Shown here: positions 32,076 through 43,484 of the stretch, piece after piece | Layout: every line of letters begins with the position of its first letter | How positions within the stretch are numbered: the stretch's first letter is position 1 | From: Lepidodermella squamata | Taxonomy: Eukaryota; Animalia; Gastrotricha | Direction of reading: 5' to 3' | Length of the DNA stretch: 64,000 bases | NCBI GenBank assembly: GCA_047495785.1 | Contig: JBLDXI010000015.1 | Coordinates: 3,844,001 to 3,908,000 of the forward strand | The notes under the pieces: model-generated | Databases searched by the model: none | Told to the model about the DNA's origin: nothing | Seen by the model: the letters and a program-made list of their open reading frames with translations, nothing else | Made by a program: the position numbers and the translations under genes

Positions 32076-33706
32076 ATGATGGTTGGTTTCTGCTTTTAAT
32101 CTCCCTGTAACTTTAAGCCTTTTATTTCATGTTTGGCAGGATAGCGGCCGGTTCATCCGATCTGGCTTTGTTCTGCTCTCTATTTTCGCTTCAGTTTCAT
32201 TGGGTCAGCAATGCTTCACGCCCTTTGCACAGGAGCCGGCGCCTCAGGGCTACATCTTGTCGAAAATGAGCGCCGCTTTCCTCCAGATTTTCAGGGACAA
32301 ATCGGTCAATTGCTCATCGGGAGCTGTCACGGTTTGCTAAAAAAACCGGTGTTTAACCTCGTTTCACTGCTGCATTCTCTCTTTCTTGATAGATGTGGCG
32401 GTTCAAGTCTAATTCGACAATGAGGTCGATGAAGCCTTATTTCTCTGTCTGGGAGCAGACCAGTGATGCGCCGCTGAAGTTTTCGCTGCTGGGTAGCAAC
32501 CCTGTCCCAGTTGACGTGAATTCCGAAGGCATGGAAACCTTTTCTTTCATGGTCCCAGAACAGAGCCGCATCGTTGTCGAAAATTCTGCTTCTCGAAAAA
32601 TCTTCTTAGGTAGAATTTTTCGGAAATTTTGAACCCGATAGGCTCAATTTCTTCTTGCACAGGAATATTTTACGACAGCGTTTCCCAGACTGATTACACG
32701 CAAATTTACTACCTCGATAAGTTGAGGCCGCAAGTTGGCGATCCTGGTTACGCCGCGTTGAAAAACTCGACCATCGTCGGCTATTTAACGTCAGCCGATG
32801 TTAGCCTTGCGATTGCGAATGGTAACTCGTTGCCATTCGACGCTGCTCGCATGGGCTACGACATGCGCGTTCCTTTCCTTCAGGCTGTGATCGGTAATCG
32901 CTAAGAAACATTTCCCAGATTGTTAAGGGGGCTAAATTTTAGAGCCTATCGTGCCGAAACCGCCGCCAACCCGGCCGACAATTAGAACAACCACGACTAC
33001 TACAACAGAAGCCCCTACTACTACTACTGTAAGTGAAGCGATTGCGCCTGAAACTACAACTACACGACAGCGACCAAGGCCTGTTAGAACTACCACCACT
33101 GAAGCGGCAAAAACAACGACGACTCAATCGCGCGGTAATTAAAATTTGTATTCGAGATGATGCCTATATAAGTCAATATATTTATTAGCCATCAAATGCG
33201 GTCCCCCTCCAGAAATCCCGAATGCTAACTACAAAAATTTCCCATACGGTCTGGATGGCGATGTTGCCATGTACAACTGCAACCAGGGTACTAAGATCAA
33301 ATTATCTGATTTTTTTTAAATTATACTCAAAATTTCATCAGGATACACTTGGATTTACCAAGAATCGCAAAACTACATCTGTAACGGACAGACCGGCATG
33401 TGGGAGGGCGATGGCTATTGCTCAGTCGCAACGGCCGCTTGCTACCTACCTTACTCGCCCGGCCCTTGCCTGTTCCCCGTGCAAAAGTGGTACTTTGACC
33501 GTAAAACTCGCACGTGCAAGTGGTTCTGGTTCGGTGGATGTGAAGGCACGGCGAACAGGTTCGACTCTGTCGAGCAGTGCGACCGGATCTGCGCTTCGCT
33601 GAAAAATGCACCGGAGACGAGCAGCAACATCCAGCCGGCGGCGGCTCCAGCGTCAACCGCCCAGGGCACCGATATGGGCGTCCCGGCTGGCTTGGCCCCA
33701 ATGTAA
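32076..33706 (+). CDS. Secreted mosaic protein C (paralogue of A/B). Exons approx. 32076-32081, 32140-32331, 32393-32609, 32663-32893, 32944-33134, 33189-33287, 33342-33706
   Basis: Signal peptide ...FIRSGFVLLSIFASVSLG. Shared domain SAAFLQIFRD...MWRFKS...DMRVPFLQAVI, then a Thr-rich stalk. Sushi CGPPPEIPNA...YNCNQGYTW...ICNGQTGMWEGDGYC. Kunitz CYLPYSPGPC...GGCEGTANRFDSVEQCDRIC. AATAAA at 33831. Confidence 0.87.
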
Positions 33707-34095
33707 ATCATAGGCGACGAGTCCAGCTGATTTTCGCGAAATCTGATGAAAAGTTTAAGTAATACCCTGTTGTATCGCCGCGCTTGTAAAATATTTTGCT
33801 TTAATGACGAACAAAAACCGGTTAGAACAAAATAAAGCCACTATACTTCACACAACCACTTTTATTAACCAAAGTTCACCCGGAAACTGTCGACGAAAAT
33901 TGACTATAGATTGCTTCTTTTTTGGCATGCACAAGGCCCCGAAACCCGAGATACATTACAGTATTATCGTCCATTTCATGGCAATGAAGACTTGAACAGT
34001 TAGTTTTAACATACACAGATATCACTTATAATTAAATTCGGCTAGACAGTTTCGTTCAGCAGAGTAAAGCGATTGGAGCTGTATTTTTCATTCAT

Positions 34096-34384
34096 TCATA
34101 TGTAAATACCAACCCAGTTGCACAGGAACAAGGTGCCGAATCCGAGGAAGGCAGCTGATACCATTGAAATGCTGAGCTCCTTTTTCAGCTGACGGGTGTA
34201 CTTGTTCGAGGTGACTTCGTAGACGAAGAACCAGGTGGCGAAGAACGTGCCGATGGTCAGCAAAGTGATGGCAAGATGAGGGAAAATGGCCGGGTTGACA
34301 GGGCCAGCATAGCGGAACATCTCAACCTATAATATACACATAGGAAATGATTCGAATCAGAACGGTCACGTTGAAACTAACCAT
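34096..34384 (-). CDS. TMEM258: TMEM258/Kuduk (oligosaccharyltransferase small subunit); first coding exon is ATG only (34384-34382), second is 34326-34096
   Basis: [77 protein letters not shown] closely matches the TMEM258 family. Confidence 0.95.
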
Positions 34385-35133
34385 GTTGATGCGAAATAAA
34401 TATTATAATAACCTAAACAAAAACAAAAATACTCATAGATTAGCAAGCCTGAAGATAGTGAGAACTTCCAACAAAATAGTTGAGTCTCATCACTTGTTGT
34501 GCACGCAGTAGGATTGTAAGGTGAGATCAATGAGTATTTCAAAGATTCTGTGATTAATTTTCAACGCTCCAAAAAGGCGAAGTTGGTTGATGCTGCCAAA
34601 TGAAAATATCTACAGCTTAGTAGTTAGCTTTTTGATTTGCACGAACTTTCGTGCAAGGCATTATAATTCCGAGAGACATTGGCAACTAACGAAATGTATA
34701 AGATGATTCGAAAAATTGTAGAAGAATTATTGATCATAATTGTCGGCTTTTTGTTTAGGCAATGAAGATAACCCGATCGAGGAGTCGAACCTCCAACGAC
34801 TTCCGTTGCATCTCGAATTTACGAGATCAAGTTCGCTTAGGTTTGAAGAAGGAATCACAAAGCCAGAAGCCAGCATTAATATAAGAGAAAATGATGTTCC
34901 AAGCAGCGTAATTCCAAAGGAGAATAATCGAATTTATATGAGGGAGTGCAAGTGGCACAACCGGGCAATTGTAGGAAGAAGTCAATGCTTATGTTAGAGG
35001 CAATTTAAAGGCACTCGGCTGAAAGGAGAAGTTACATCCATATCCCAATAGCATATTTGCAGCGATTCGAATCTAACAGAAGGGATGAAAATTTTTTGAA
35101 CTCGCCAATGCTGGTACTCAGAAGTAAGTAAAC

Positions 35134-35354
35134 GCCTCCTCCAATTTCGTTGGTAGAACTGCGCTCTCAGAGGGCATCGCTCTCAGAGGGCTCCCTCTCA
35201 GATGGCTCAGAGGGCACCCCACCCCCAACCTAACCCTAACCCTAACCCCTAACCCTAAACCTAACCTTAGCCTTAATCTTGACCGCCTGATAGCGATCGC
35301 TCTGAGAGCGATGCCCTCTGAGAGCGCACTTCTACCAACGAAATTGGAAACGGC
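35134..35354. mobile_element. 221-bp MITE with ~55-bp terminal inverted repeats, 8-bp target-site duplication and an internal telomere-like (CCCTAA)n tract
   Basis: The left arm GCC...TCCAATTTCGTTGGTAGAACTGCGCTCTCAGAGGGCATCGCTCTCAGAG mirrors the right arm CTCTGAGAGCGATGCCCTCTGAGAGCGCACTTCTACCAACGAAATTGGA...GGC. AAGTAAAC flanks both ends (35126-35133 and 35355-35362). CCTAACCCTAACCCTAAC lies at ~35229-35270. Confidence 0.9.
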
Positions 35355-36732
35355 AAGTAAACGCAGCCAGCTCACAGCTTACAAGCCGCATAATTACTGA
35401 GAAAACCATCATGAAATGCATATGCTTAGATGATAATGATAGACGCAGCAATAAGCAACTTGCAAATTAAAGAAGAATTACCTGCGACCCGGTGTCTTCA
35501 GTAATAGGTTTTTATGGCAACTCACAATCAGCTGTCAATGGTCTATGGTCTGTGAAAACATGCCGATTACTGATTCGCAACCATAAGATCGTCAGCGATC
35601 CGAAGTATGAAGTTTGATTAGTATTATGGAATTTCACCGCATTCGCCGATAGCTAGCAGCTAGCTAACCATAGTTTTGTTTCATTTCGGAACACGGTACA
35701 TGGTGCAAGATGTCATAATGGAGAGGCGAGAAGCAATATTAAAAATAGGTAAAAAATACAGTACCATCCGCATTATTATCAAGAATAAGGGTCAGGGCTA
35801 AACTCTGAAGCGTTCAAAACAATAAGAATGCACTGTAAAGAATTCGGCACTTATGGTAATCGAAAATTCGTGTCGAGGCTCTTCAAACATGACTGCAAAA
35901 GATGCTGCAACTGGCATACCTACACGCAACACCTCAGTATAACGTCACATGTCACATCTGAGGGCTGTGGGCTGTGATTCGAAGCCTTTCCAAGTCCTAG
36001 AGAGACCGCGATTTCCGAAGAGCTACAACTTGCGTTTTGCGTTGCGCGATTTGTGCGATTTGTGCGCTACTTGGAATAGGTGAAGGTCAAATAAATGCCT
36101 TGAAATTTTGGCGGTTTTAATATTAAAACACTAATTTTAACATTTCAGATATATATTTAAAAGTATAACATCCAAATAGTAACTGCAGGAAAATTATTGC
36201 CGCCGAGTTCGCTCCGGCCAAGTTTCCCTCCGCATCTCCGCATCACTGGTCAGAATCCTCACTACTCTTTCATGCCAAAATCTACAGTAGCTTTGTGGGT
36301 CGTCTTTTCTATAATACTGACGTCGTCGCGAACTTAACCGCCTTCAAAAACGCACAAAACCTTGAAGGAAGCCCTCCGGCTGTTCCAGTTGAACTTCAAA
36401 AGATGAACTTTATAAGTTCAAGTTCATTAAAAGTTATTTCACCGCCCTACCGACAAAATAGTCGAAGGGAAAAGTAAGGAGATTTGTTCGAAAATAACAA
36501 GCTTGCAGAAGTATATTTATTGTTGATCCCCAGTAACATTAACACAGCCTGCCGCGTCGCAACGCAAAACACAGAATTACTAGGCCAACTAAAAATAGTT
36601 TATACGCATCGAAGAATGCCAGGAAAGTATAGATCATGGTAATGTTTCATCAAACGTGCTTCTCAATGAAGTATTGACATCCCGTTTACCAGATGAAGAT
36701 TTCGGCGAAAGCGTAGTTCGGCTGGTTCAAGC

Positions 36733-38874
36733 TTACATTTTGGGCGATTTTCGCATCAGGCTACTTTTCGATTTGAAAAAATAGTTGGTGAAACACGTGC
36801 CTGGGCCACTCACAGGAGAAACTGAGAAGCCACGGCTGACAATGTTACAGACATAAAAGTAGCTTTCTTTAGATAAGACATAAGCCAATGAAAATTTACC
36901 TGATCATTCGGCATCGCTGCTCTTCAAGACGGCCTCCAGCATAAGCAAGGTTTGAAACATCTTTATTTGACCATAGTCGCTCAGCAGCAGCACATGCGCG
37001 TGGCCAAGTGATCTGCATTATGTTATGCTCATCAACGTATTCTCCCCACATGCAAGCCTCTCCACCTAACACTTTCGTTTCGTCTGCAACCAAAGTTTCA
37101 TTAAGCAGTTTTACTGGGTCGCATAGATAATGCGCCACCCAGTCTCCATATTCCAATTGATCCAAGTACCAACATGACGAGAAAATGGCTGAATATCCTC
37201 GTTCAGTTACGTTGAGAACAGCCGTTTGGTTATTTGTCCAAACATGAACAACAATACTTCGGTCGGCATTGCCATTCAGCGATATGCCCTCTTCCCAAAG
37301 GTAAATCTGTGGATCTTCTTCAGAAATAGATTTCCTTACACGCTTGAGGATTCTGACCAACCGTCTGTTAAAATATTTAACCAAGTCGTGCATAGATGTC
37401 TCGTTTAACGAGCCTTCTTCAATAATTTCACCCTGTTTCTTCTTCATGTTAACGAGCCATTTACGAATTTTAGGGTTACTCAACCAACAACTCATAGTGA
37501 CTTCATCGCCTCCAGCATGAAACAAGGGCGTATTTTTGAACAAAATAGATGTTTCTGTGAATATTCTCTCGATCACTTGATAAGTCTTCTCGTTTGTGGG
37601 ATCAAGAGGACCTAGGTCACCATTCGGTAGGTTGGTCACGTTGTCGTAGCATCTGGTGAGTATTTCCTCCGGCAAATGCCGCCACGAAAACACGTGGCCT
37701 GGCGTATCAATTTCAGGCATGACAGCTACTCCCCGAATCCGCGCAAATTCAACAATTTCAGCTACATCATTTTTCGTGAACATTTCCAACGGAGAGAAGG
37801 CAGCTTTACGAGCGAATTCTGGAAATGCTTCCAGTTCCAACGGAAAAGAATGGTCATCGCTGATGTGCCAGTGCAAAATATTGTACTTGTTCATAGCCAT
37901 TGCATCAATCATTTTGAATATCGCTGATTTTGGTAGGAAGTGTCGCGATGTGTCGATGAGCAGGCCGCGGTGCTTAAATCGAGGCCAATCTTCAATAACT
38001 GCAGCTCTGACCTTGTAGGAAATAACAGATTTGTCTATTAGATGTTCCTGGGCATAAGCACCATCGGTGAAAATCAGCTGAGAAAGTGTTTCCAGAGCAT
38101 GATTCACGCCCCAAACGTCCTCGGATGCGATGAAGATCCCAGCTTTCTCAACCAGCAATTTGTCTGCAGTTAAAAATGAAATCAGGTGTATACTATATAA
38201 ACAATTAGGGGTATCTGTTACATTTTTCATTTGACGAAGGAAGCGGATATTGCGTACAGTCACCAGTTACAGTAATAATCAATGTACTGAGCGCCTTATG
38301 AGTAAGGTTGATTTCGATGCCACTGACGCGATATTTTGGCTTGCCCATGTATATATCACCCGGGTGCAGCACTGGGTCTTTGATAGCTAAGGGTCTGGCG
38401 GATTTAAATAGAAGCTGCTGTTTGTAAAAGCGATCGACGATCGATTGAATCAGAGAATTACAACTTCCATCTTTTGTTTGGTAACTAAAAGCGAATTTCT
38501 TGGGCGAAATAGCGTAGAAAATATCCATTGGTTCATATTTTTGAGGAAGAGGCCATGGATCACTGATTGGGGCCTGAGAAAAGCGTATAGGGATTTGGAA
38601 ATACTCGTAGCTTGAGAACAAGAAAATGAGTAATGAAATAAATTAATTTGAATAATTAAGACTTGATGCCTTATTATTGAACTTACCCCGCCTTGAAGGC
38701 AGGATGCCATGGCGGTTCCAGTGGCTCCAGAATGGTAACGTTCCCCCACCGCAATTGGGCATCAAGCAGATCAAATTTGGCAGCATGCTGTTGGCTCCAA
38801 AGAGGAACTAACAAGTATAAGGAATTGAAAATAATAGTAAGTAGTAATAGTCCATAAGTCATTTTTCTGTACAT
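36733..38874 (-). CDS. GH20 beta-hexosaminidase, copy 1. Exons approx. 38874-38687, 38610-38221, 38164-36900, 36836-36733
   Basis: Contains EDWPRFKHRGLLIDTSRHF, HWHISDDHSFP, MPEIDTPGH, the catalytic HAGGDE, VLGGEACMWGEYVD, WPRACAAAERLWS and RCRMISRG. The N-terminal hydrophobic segment follows MYRK. Confidence 0.95.
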
Positions 38875-39238
38875 TTTTTAATTTATTGTACTATAATTAC
38901 TAAAGAAATTGACAAAGGAGATAAATGCTGCCATTATATTTATATATGACAGCTGAATCAACCATGGTTTTTCTTGAGGTATACATCTTTTAAGCTGGAA
39001 CTAAAAACCTTTGGAATATATTTTTTTTAAATAATTCAACGCTCTTAATCTGTTACAGCCTTTGTCGATTTAGCATTGGAAATTGGCCTCTGAAATGGTC
39101 CAATCGATGGACGTGGACAAAACGCAAAACTATGTAACACCATTTGCCGAAATGACATTTTATTAAAAATTATCGTTGAAACAAAATTATTATTATAACT
39201 ACTAAATGAATTAATTTCGAAAGAGCCGAGTGCGAGGT

Positions 39239-42200
39239 TCAATGAAAGCTACGTCGGCCTGAGCGAAAAAATTGTCGAGCAATCATACTAGGCAAACGGA
39301 AATAGCACGCTAAAATTATCACTCCCAGCAACAAAATTGCCGCAAACATGACGTTACCATAAGACGGATATCTCGAAATAGCGATAACAGCCTGAGGCGA
39401 GTCGCTCATAAGAGCTTTCGTGTCGTCGCTACTCGTCGAGGCCTGATCTACAGGTGATTCGTTAGGAGGTTCATTAGCCGTTTCCTCAATGTCATACTTG
39501 GGCTCTTTGAATAGCGGAGGCTTCGGCTGCTGAACATTCAACGACCCAACTGTGAACTTTGATTCCACTTTAGCTTCCTTAGCTGCTTCTTGAGGATTCG
39601 GAGACTTCATTTTTGGCATTACTCCTCCAGCTAAATCAGCTTTCGACCGGAAGAAATAATTTGTGTAACACGTGCCTGGACCGTTGGACGGAGATACTGA
39701 AAATCCTCGACTAAATAAAAATGGATTAAATTATAAATTGGGGAGAAATAATTTATTTTCACCTAATCATTCGACAACGATGTTCCTCATATCGACCGCC
39801 AGCGTATTCAATATCGACCAACTCCTTGTTCGACCAAAGCCGTTCAGCAGCCGCGGCGGCTCGAGGCCACGTGATTTGCATAATATTGTGCTCATCAACG
39901 TATTCACCCCACATACAAGCCTCGCCGCCCAAGACTTTCTTCTCATCAATCGGCAGGCTTTCATTGCCGAGCTTCACCGGATCACACAGGTACTGCTCGA
40001 CCCAATCGGCGTATTTGAATCGATCAAGGTACCAACAGGTCGAATAAATGACCGAGTAACCCTGTTCGGTAATATTGAGCACGCCAGATTGGTTATTGTA
40101 CCAGACGTGGGCGATGAGGCTTTTATCAGCATTTCCGTCCAACGTCACGCCTTCTTCCCACATGTAAATTTTCGGGTCTTCGCCAGAAACAGATTTTCGG
40201 ACCCTCTTCAAAATTTGAACCAGACGCTTGTTGAAATGGGTTATGAGTTCGTGCATCGATTTTTCGGTCAACGAGGCTTCGTCAACTTTGACACCCTGCT
40301 TCTGCTTCATATCAACAAACCATTTTCGAATGTATGGATTACTCAACCAACAGCTCATTTTGACTTCGTCACCGCCAGCGTGGAAGAGCGGAGTTTTCTT
40401 GAAAAGCTTGGTGATTTCCGTGAATATTTTCTCGATAACTTGATACGTCTTCTCATTTGTTGGATCGAGTGGGCCTAAATCGCCGTTTGGTAGATTTGTC
40501 ACGTTGTCATAGCAACGCGTGATTATTTCTTCAGGTAAATGGCGCCATGAGAACACGTGGCCAGGTGTATCGATTTCAGGCATAACCTCAACGCCGCGAA
40601 CTCGTGCGAATTCAATAATTTCAGCAACATCTTTATGGGTGAAAGTCTCATAAGGCGAAAAGGCAGCTCTACTCGTGAAATCCGGGTAAGTTTCCAGTAC
40701 CAAAGGAAATGAATTATCGTCGCTTATATGCCAGTGAAGTATGTTGTACTTGTTCATAGCCATTGCATCAATCATTTTGAAAATCGCTGATTTCGGCAGA
40801 AAATGGCGAGATGTGTCGATGAGCAAGCCGCGATGTTTAAACCGAGGCCAATCTTCAATTGTCACAGCTCTGACCTTGTAATTTGGGGACGCCGCTTCAT
40901 CGTAGCCTTGCAAATATTCGCCCTCAGTAAAAATCAATTGGCACAGCGTTTCCAACGCGTGATTCACTCCCCAAACATCTTCGGCGGTTATTGAAATCCC
41001 TTCCGCATCGATCACCAGGTTATCTAAAGGTTAATTTAATCGATTTAATCAATAAAATAATTAATTAAGACGTGAGTGCCATTTTTTAGGTCAAAGTCCG
41101 CTTTTTAGGATATAGGATCCAGATTTTGGATCAAGATTTCAGATCCAGACTTTAGGTCTAAGAATTGGATCCTATTTCTGGATCTGTCTTATTTTTTGCA
41201 ATACTTAATGGAACCAGTGAATCCACAAAATTTTCAAACGATAAAAAAACCCTGAAAGGAAAAGGGGTGCGAATTTTTCCGCCTCAGCTTGGACCTGGAG
41301 TTTTGCAATGCCGGTTCGTTATAAGGGAGACTTTTTGCCAATGGAAGGTGGGGAAAAGGTCTGCGTACCAGTGGCATCAACTGACCTTCGATTGGATCAA
41401 TCACACTCTCGAGCAACAACATCTTCGAGTCAAGAAGCGGGGTCTGCTTCGTCAAGCGCCACTCGAGCGACGGAAATCGGCTCTGAGGACGCCCCAGTTT
41501 CGATTAGCTCTTCGCTCGAACTTGAACGTGATGTAGCTCATCGTGATGTCAAACCTAGCCGCCGAGTTGGCTATATAATGAGGCGCAATCTACGAATATT
41601 ACGGCCACACAATAACTGTTCAAGACGAAAAGATGACACTTCAACGAATAATATAGATTACGCCCGGCGGATGTATATGCATCTGCACAAACATCGGTAA
41701 ATATTTAGTTTTCGAAATGCCTTCGCGCAAAACATCGAACTTCCTTTCAGAACTCGCACCAAGTTCACAACAGTGGCGGCAAGTATGCGGAAATCGGTGG
41801 CTTGGGCAGTTCTACGCCGGTACCGCAATGACGACTCGAACATTGAATTTATCGATAACGCTTTGCAAGAAAAGCTCGACAGCCATACGGTTTAGAAGAC
41901 TACAACCTCAAACGCTCACGTAAATATCGAGGACGATTTTGAGTGGGACTGATCTTTTCCATGCTATTTATCTAATTGTGGACTTCGGAAGGATTCGATG
42001 TTCATTGCTTGTGAATATGCTGGAACATTTGCTATTGTATTTCATGTTGATTGGCAGTCGAAAACGATTTAAATAGAGTACAATCTATAATCTGGATCCA
42101 ATTCTTGGAGCCAGTTTCTGGATCTAGAATCTGGATCTAATAATTGGTTCTAATTCCTAGATCCATAATCTGGATCCATTATTTGGATCTAAATATCGGA

Positions 42201-43050
42201 CTCGAAGTCTTAAAGGGTCCCGGGTCCCCTATTTTTTGTACATAATTATGTGGCACTTTTTCCACATTGGTAGACAAGTTTTTCAAAACTAACCCTAACC
42301 CTACCCTAACCTGAACCCTAACCAGGAAAACCCACAAATTCGTGGGTTCATTTTTAAAAATGATTTACAAATAGGCACTTCGCTAATGAAAATAATTTTA
42401 ATAATTTTTATTAATTTAATTAAATAATTAAATAATTTTTGCTTACATTTTTCCGATGATGATTGGGACGGATAGTCGGTACATTTCCCCGTGATGGCGA
42501 TGCTAACAGTGCTAATCACGACTTCGCCTTTGTTATTTTCTGAAGCTTTGTTGCCGTGTTTCTTTGCTCCAGAGTATAGGTCTCCAGGGTCCAAAACCGG
42601 GTCACAAACAGCTAAAGGTCTGGCAGTTTTAAATAGAAATTCATCTTTCTTGAACCGGTCAACAATCGACTGAAGCACAGCGCCGCAGTTCTCGCCTTTC
42701 ACCTGCGAGTTGAAGACCAACTGTGCCGGCGAAATGGTGTAAAACGTATCCTTAGCCTTGTACTTCTGAGGTAAAGGCCATGGGTCGCTTATCGGAGCAG
42801 GTGAAAGCCGCATTGGCATCATTTGAGCAAGAGCATAACTGAAAATATAGCAGAACAAAATGAAAAAATTGCTGTTGAATCCATTTATTTACCTTGGCAT
42901 AAAGAAATCGTGCCACGTGGGCTTGGTACCATTGTAAACTTCTACGGTTCCAAGTCGGAACTGAGCCCTCAAAAGATCCGGTATCGTACCATTATCGGCC
43001 AAACACGCCGCATATAATATGAAAAGAACTGATACTACTAAAATTCTCAT
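39239..43050 (-). CDS. GH20 beta-hexosaminidase, copy 2, with signal peptide and C-terminal transmembrane extension. Exons approx. 43050-42893, 42838-42447, 41023-39763, 39711-39239
   Basis: Signal peptide MRILVVSVLFILYAACLA. Same GH20 motifs as copy 1, including HAGGDE. The last exon continues through a low-complexity stalk to VMFAAILLLGVIILACYF and a basic tail. Confidence 0.93.
41088..42212. mobile_element. Foldback-like insertion in intron 2 of hexosaminidase copy 2, with arms made of ~13-bp GGATCC-centred tandem repeats and degenerate internal ORFs
   Basis: The left arm (41113-41185, ggatccagattttggatcaagatttcagatccagac...) and right arm (42085-42195, tggatccaattcttgg...gatccataatctggatcc) are inverted relative to each other, with AGTCCG/CGGACT near the ends. 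This intron is ~1.4 kb, against ~55 nt at the same position in copy 1. Confidence 0.7.
42288..42349. repeat. Degenerate (CCCTAA)n tract followed by a short hairpin
   Basis: AACCCTAACCCTACCCTAACCTGAACCCTAACC, then AACCCAC-AAATTC-GTGGGTT. Confidence 0.7.
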
Positions 43051-43484
43051 GGAGGGGCTTTGGTTATTAATATGGAAAGACTTTATTTCATTTTAGATTC
43101 ATTATTAATTCTGCGTGTTGGTTGTCATATAAAACTCAAGCTGCTGCGTTTTTCATTCACATGTTGCCGAGTGCTTGCCAAACTGCACGAGTGAAGGGGC
43201 AACAGATGAATTTATGAGGCGCACTTTAAGCTGGAATTTTATGAATGAAAAAATTGAAAAATTGCCAATAACCTTAATTGAAATGTGAACTTCGATAATA
43301 ATGATTATTCAGCTAACCTAAAATTGCGATCCCTAAAAATTTGTTGACTGAGAAATAAAAATACTTGACGCGATAAATAAACGATATGTAAACAAGTTCA
43401 GCGGAGTGCGAACCAGGTTATTAAATTCCTAATGTGGCCGGAGACTCACAGGTACTTACATTGAGTTCAAAACCTCAGTTCAAA

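Noticed and set aside
35229-35270. CCCTAA tract as a true telomere or chromosome fusion site
   Set aside because: It is short, degenerate and enclosed by TIRs and a TSD.
39672-40478. 268-aa + strand ORF
   Set aside because: It is antisense to the hexosaminidase copy 2 catalytic exon.
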